A DNA stretch of 64,000 nt from Thermoplasmata archaeon (GTDB taxonomy: Archaea; Thermoplasmatota; Thermoplasmata; Lutacidiplasmatales; UBA184). The position numbers were made by a program, and so were the translations under genes. Below the pieces are notes generated by a model. The model was given only the letters and a program-made list of their open reading frames with translations, had not been told where the DNA came from and ran no database searches. The stretch is from the NCBI GenBank assembly GCA_035504395.1, contig DATJRX010000032.1, forward strand, positions 1,510 through 65,509, read 5' to 3'. Positions 63,437 to 64,000 of the stretch are shown here, in pieces; within the stretch, counting starts at the first letter, position 1; every line of letters begins with the position of its first letter.

Positions 63437-64000
63437 ATGGCCGGGCCGGCGACGCGAGGGACCCGGGGAGGGCTCGGTCCCGTACCCGCGGCCGCGTTGC
63501 GGACCGTCAACCGACCGCTTGACCGCGCGCGCACCCTGCCCGGCCGGCTGTTCAGCGATCCGACCGTCTATGACCTCGAGACCGACCGACTGTTCCGTCG
63601 GAGCTGGCAGTGCATCGGCCGCGAGGACGAACTGGTCCGGCCCGGTGCCTTCCGCAGCTTCGAGGTCGGCGGGTCGGGCGTGGTCGTGGTGCGAGACGAG
63701 ACCGGGACCCTCCGCGCGTTCCACAACGTCTGCCGGCACCGAGGGACGCGCCTCGTGGAGGCCCCCGAGGGCCAGGGGCTCACGAAGCTGGTCTGTCCGT
63801 ACCACGCGTGGACCTACCGGCTCGACGGTCGCCTGATCGGCACACCCCACATGGCCGAAGCGAAGGAGTTCGATCGGGCCGACTTCGGACTTCATCCGGT
63901 CGCGACCGAGGTCTGGCGGGGGTTCGTCTTCGTGAACCTCGACCCGAAGGCGCGGCCGCTGGCGGAGACGCTCGGGGGCCTGCTGCGTCGGGCGGCCCCG
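63437..64000 (+). CDS. Rieske [2Fe-2S] non-heme iron oxygenase, alpha subunit (N-terminal part; 3' end outside window)
   Basis: CRHRG...CPYHAW Rieske motif inside SWQCIGREDEL...VVVVRDETGTLRAFHNVCRHRGTRL...LVCPYHAWTYRLDGRL. The frame is open from the ATG at 63437 to the window end. Confidence 0.85.
   Translation, partial: MAGPATRGTRGGLGPVPAAALRTVNRPLDRARTLPGRLFSDPTVYDLETDRLFRRSWQCIGREDELVRPGAFRSFEVGGSGVVVVRDETGTLRAFHNVCRHRGTRLVEAPEGQGLTKLVCPYHAWTYRLDGRLIGTPHMAEAKEFDRADFGLHPVATEVWRGFVFVNLDPKARPLAETLGGLLRRAAP

Noticed and set aside
1-64000. Search for CRISPR arrays, transposases, integrases, phage genes and terminal inverted repeats of mobile elements
   Set aside because: I saw no regularly spaced direct repeats and no recognisable recombinase, transposase or capsid motifs. 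tRNA-Leu is not flanked by an integrase or a duplicated tRNA 3' end. The window looks like stable chromosomal sequence.

Overview
This is a very GC-rich window (roughly 70% or more by eye) that reads as chromosomal DNA of a non-halophilic archaeon. The evidence is an archaeal-type class II tRNA-Leu(CAG), an AbrB-PhoU fusion regulator, and AT-rich TATA-like octamers ending 20-24 nt upstream of several start codons, which implies leaderless mRNAs. There are also GTGA start/stop overlaps, and the exported proteins are densely decorated with N-x-S/T sequons. Most long ORFs in the six-frame track are Arg/Pro/Gly-rich GC artefacts. I call 58 protein-coding loci and 1 tRNA. I see no rRNA, CRISPR array, transposase, integrase or prophage.

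Content by region:
- 1-28.7 kb: housekeeping and miscellaneous genes (glyA, a surface glycoprotein, a DNA glycosylase, a SoxAB-like flavoenzyme, PhoU, Fe-ADH, a CDGSH protein, a pyruvate-kinase-like protein, a KaiC-like ATPase, and the divergent Lrp-glnA pair).
- 28.7-64 kb: a dense nitrogen-compound catabolic island. It holds four class-III aminotransferases, three aldehyde dehydrogenases, two amidohydrolases, a saccharopine-dehydrogenase-family gene, an amine oxidase, a Rieske oxygenase, two GNATs and two paralogous PepT-family ABC importers.

Most interesting:
1. A tight cassette at 4.8-8.2 kb: a small ORF, a HerA/FtsK-like ATPase with a wHTH and a nuclease-like C-terminus, and a 2H phosphoesterase. 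I cannot assign it to a named system.
2. The adjacent ~700-nt ORF-free segment, which contains a 66-nt compound hairpin.
3. An ABC operon with an amine oxidase and a cupin inserted between its permease and ATPase genes.
4. Two genes disrupted by a single missing G in GGG runs, plus one gene whose conserved N-terminus has no start codon.

All functional calls are from motif recognition by eye. No database search was run.
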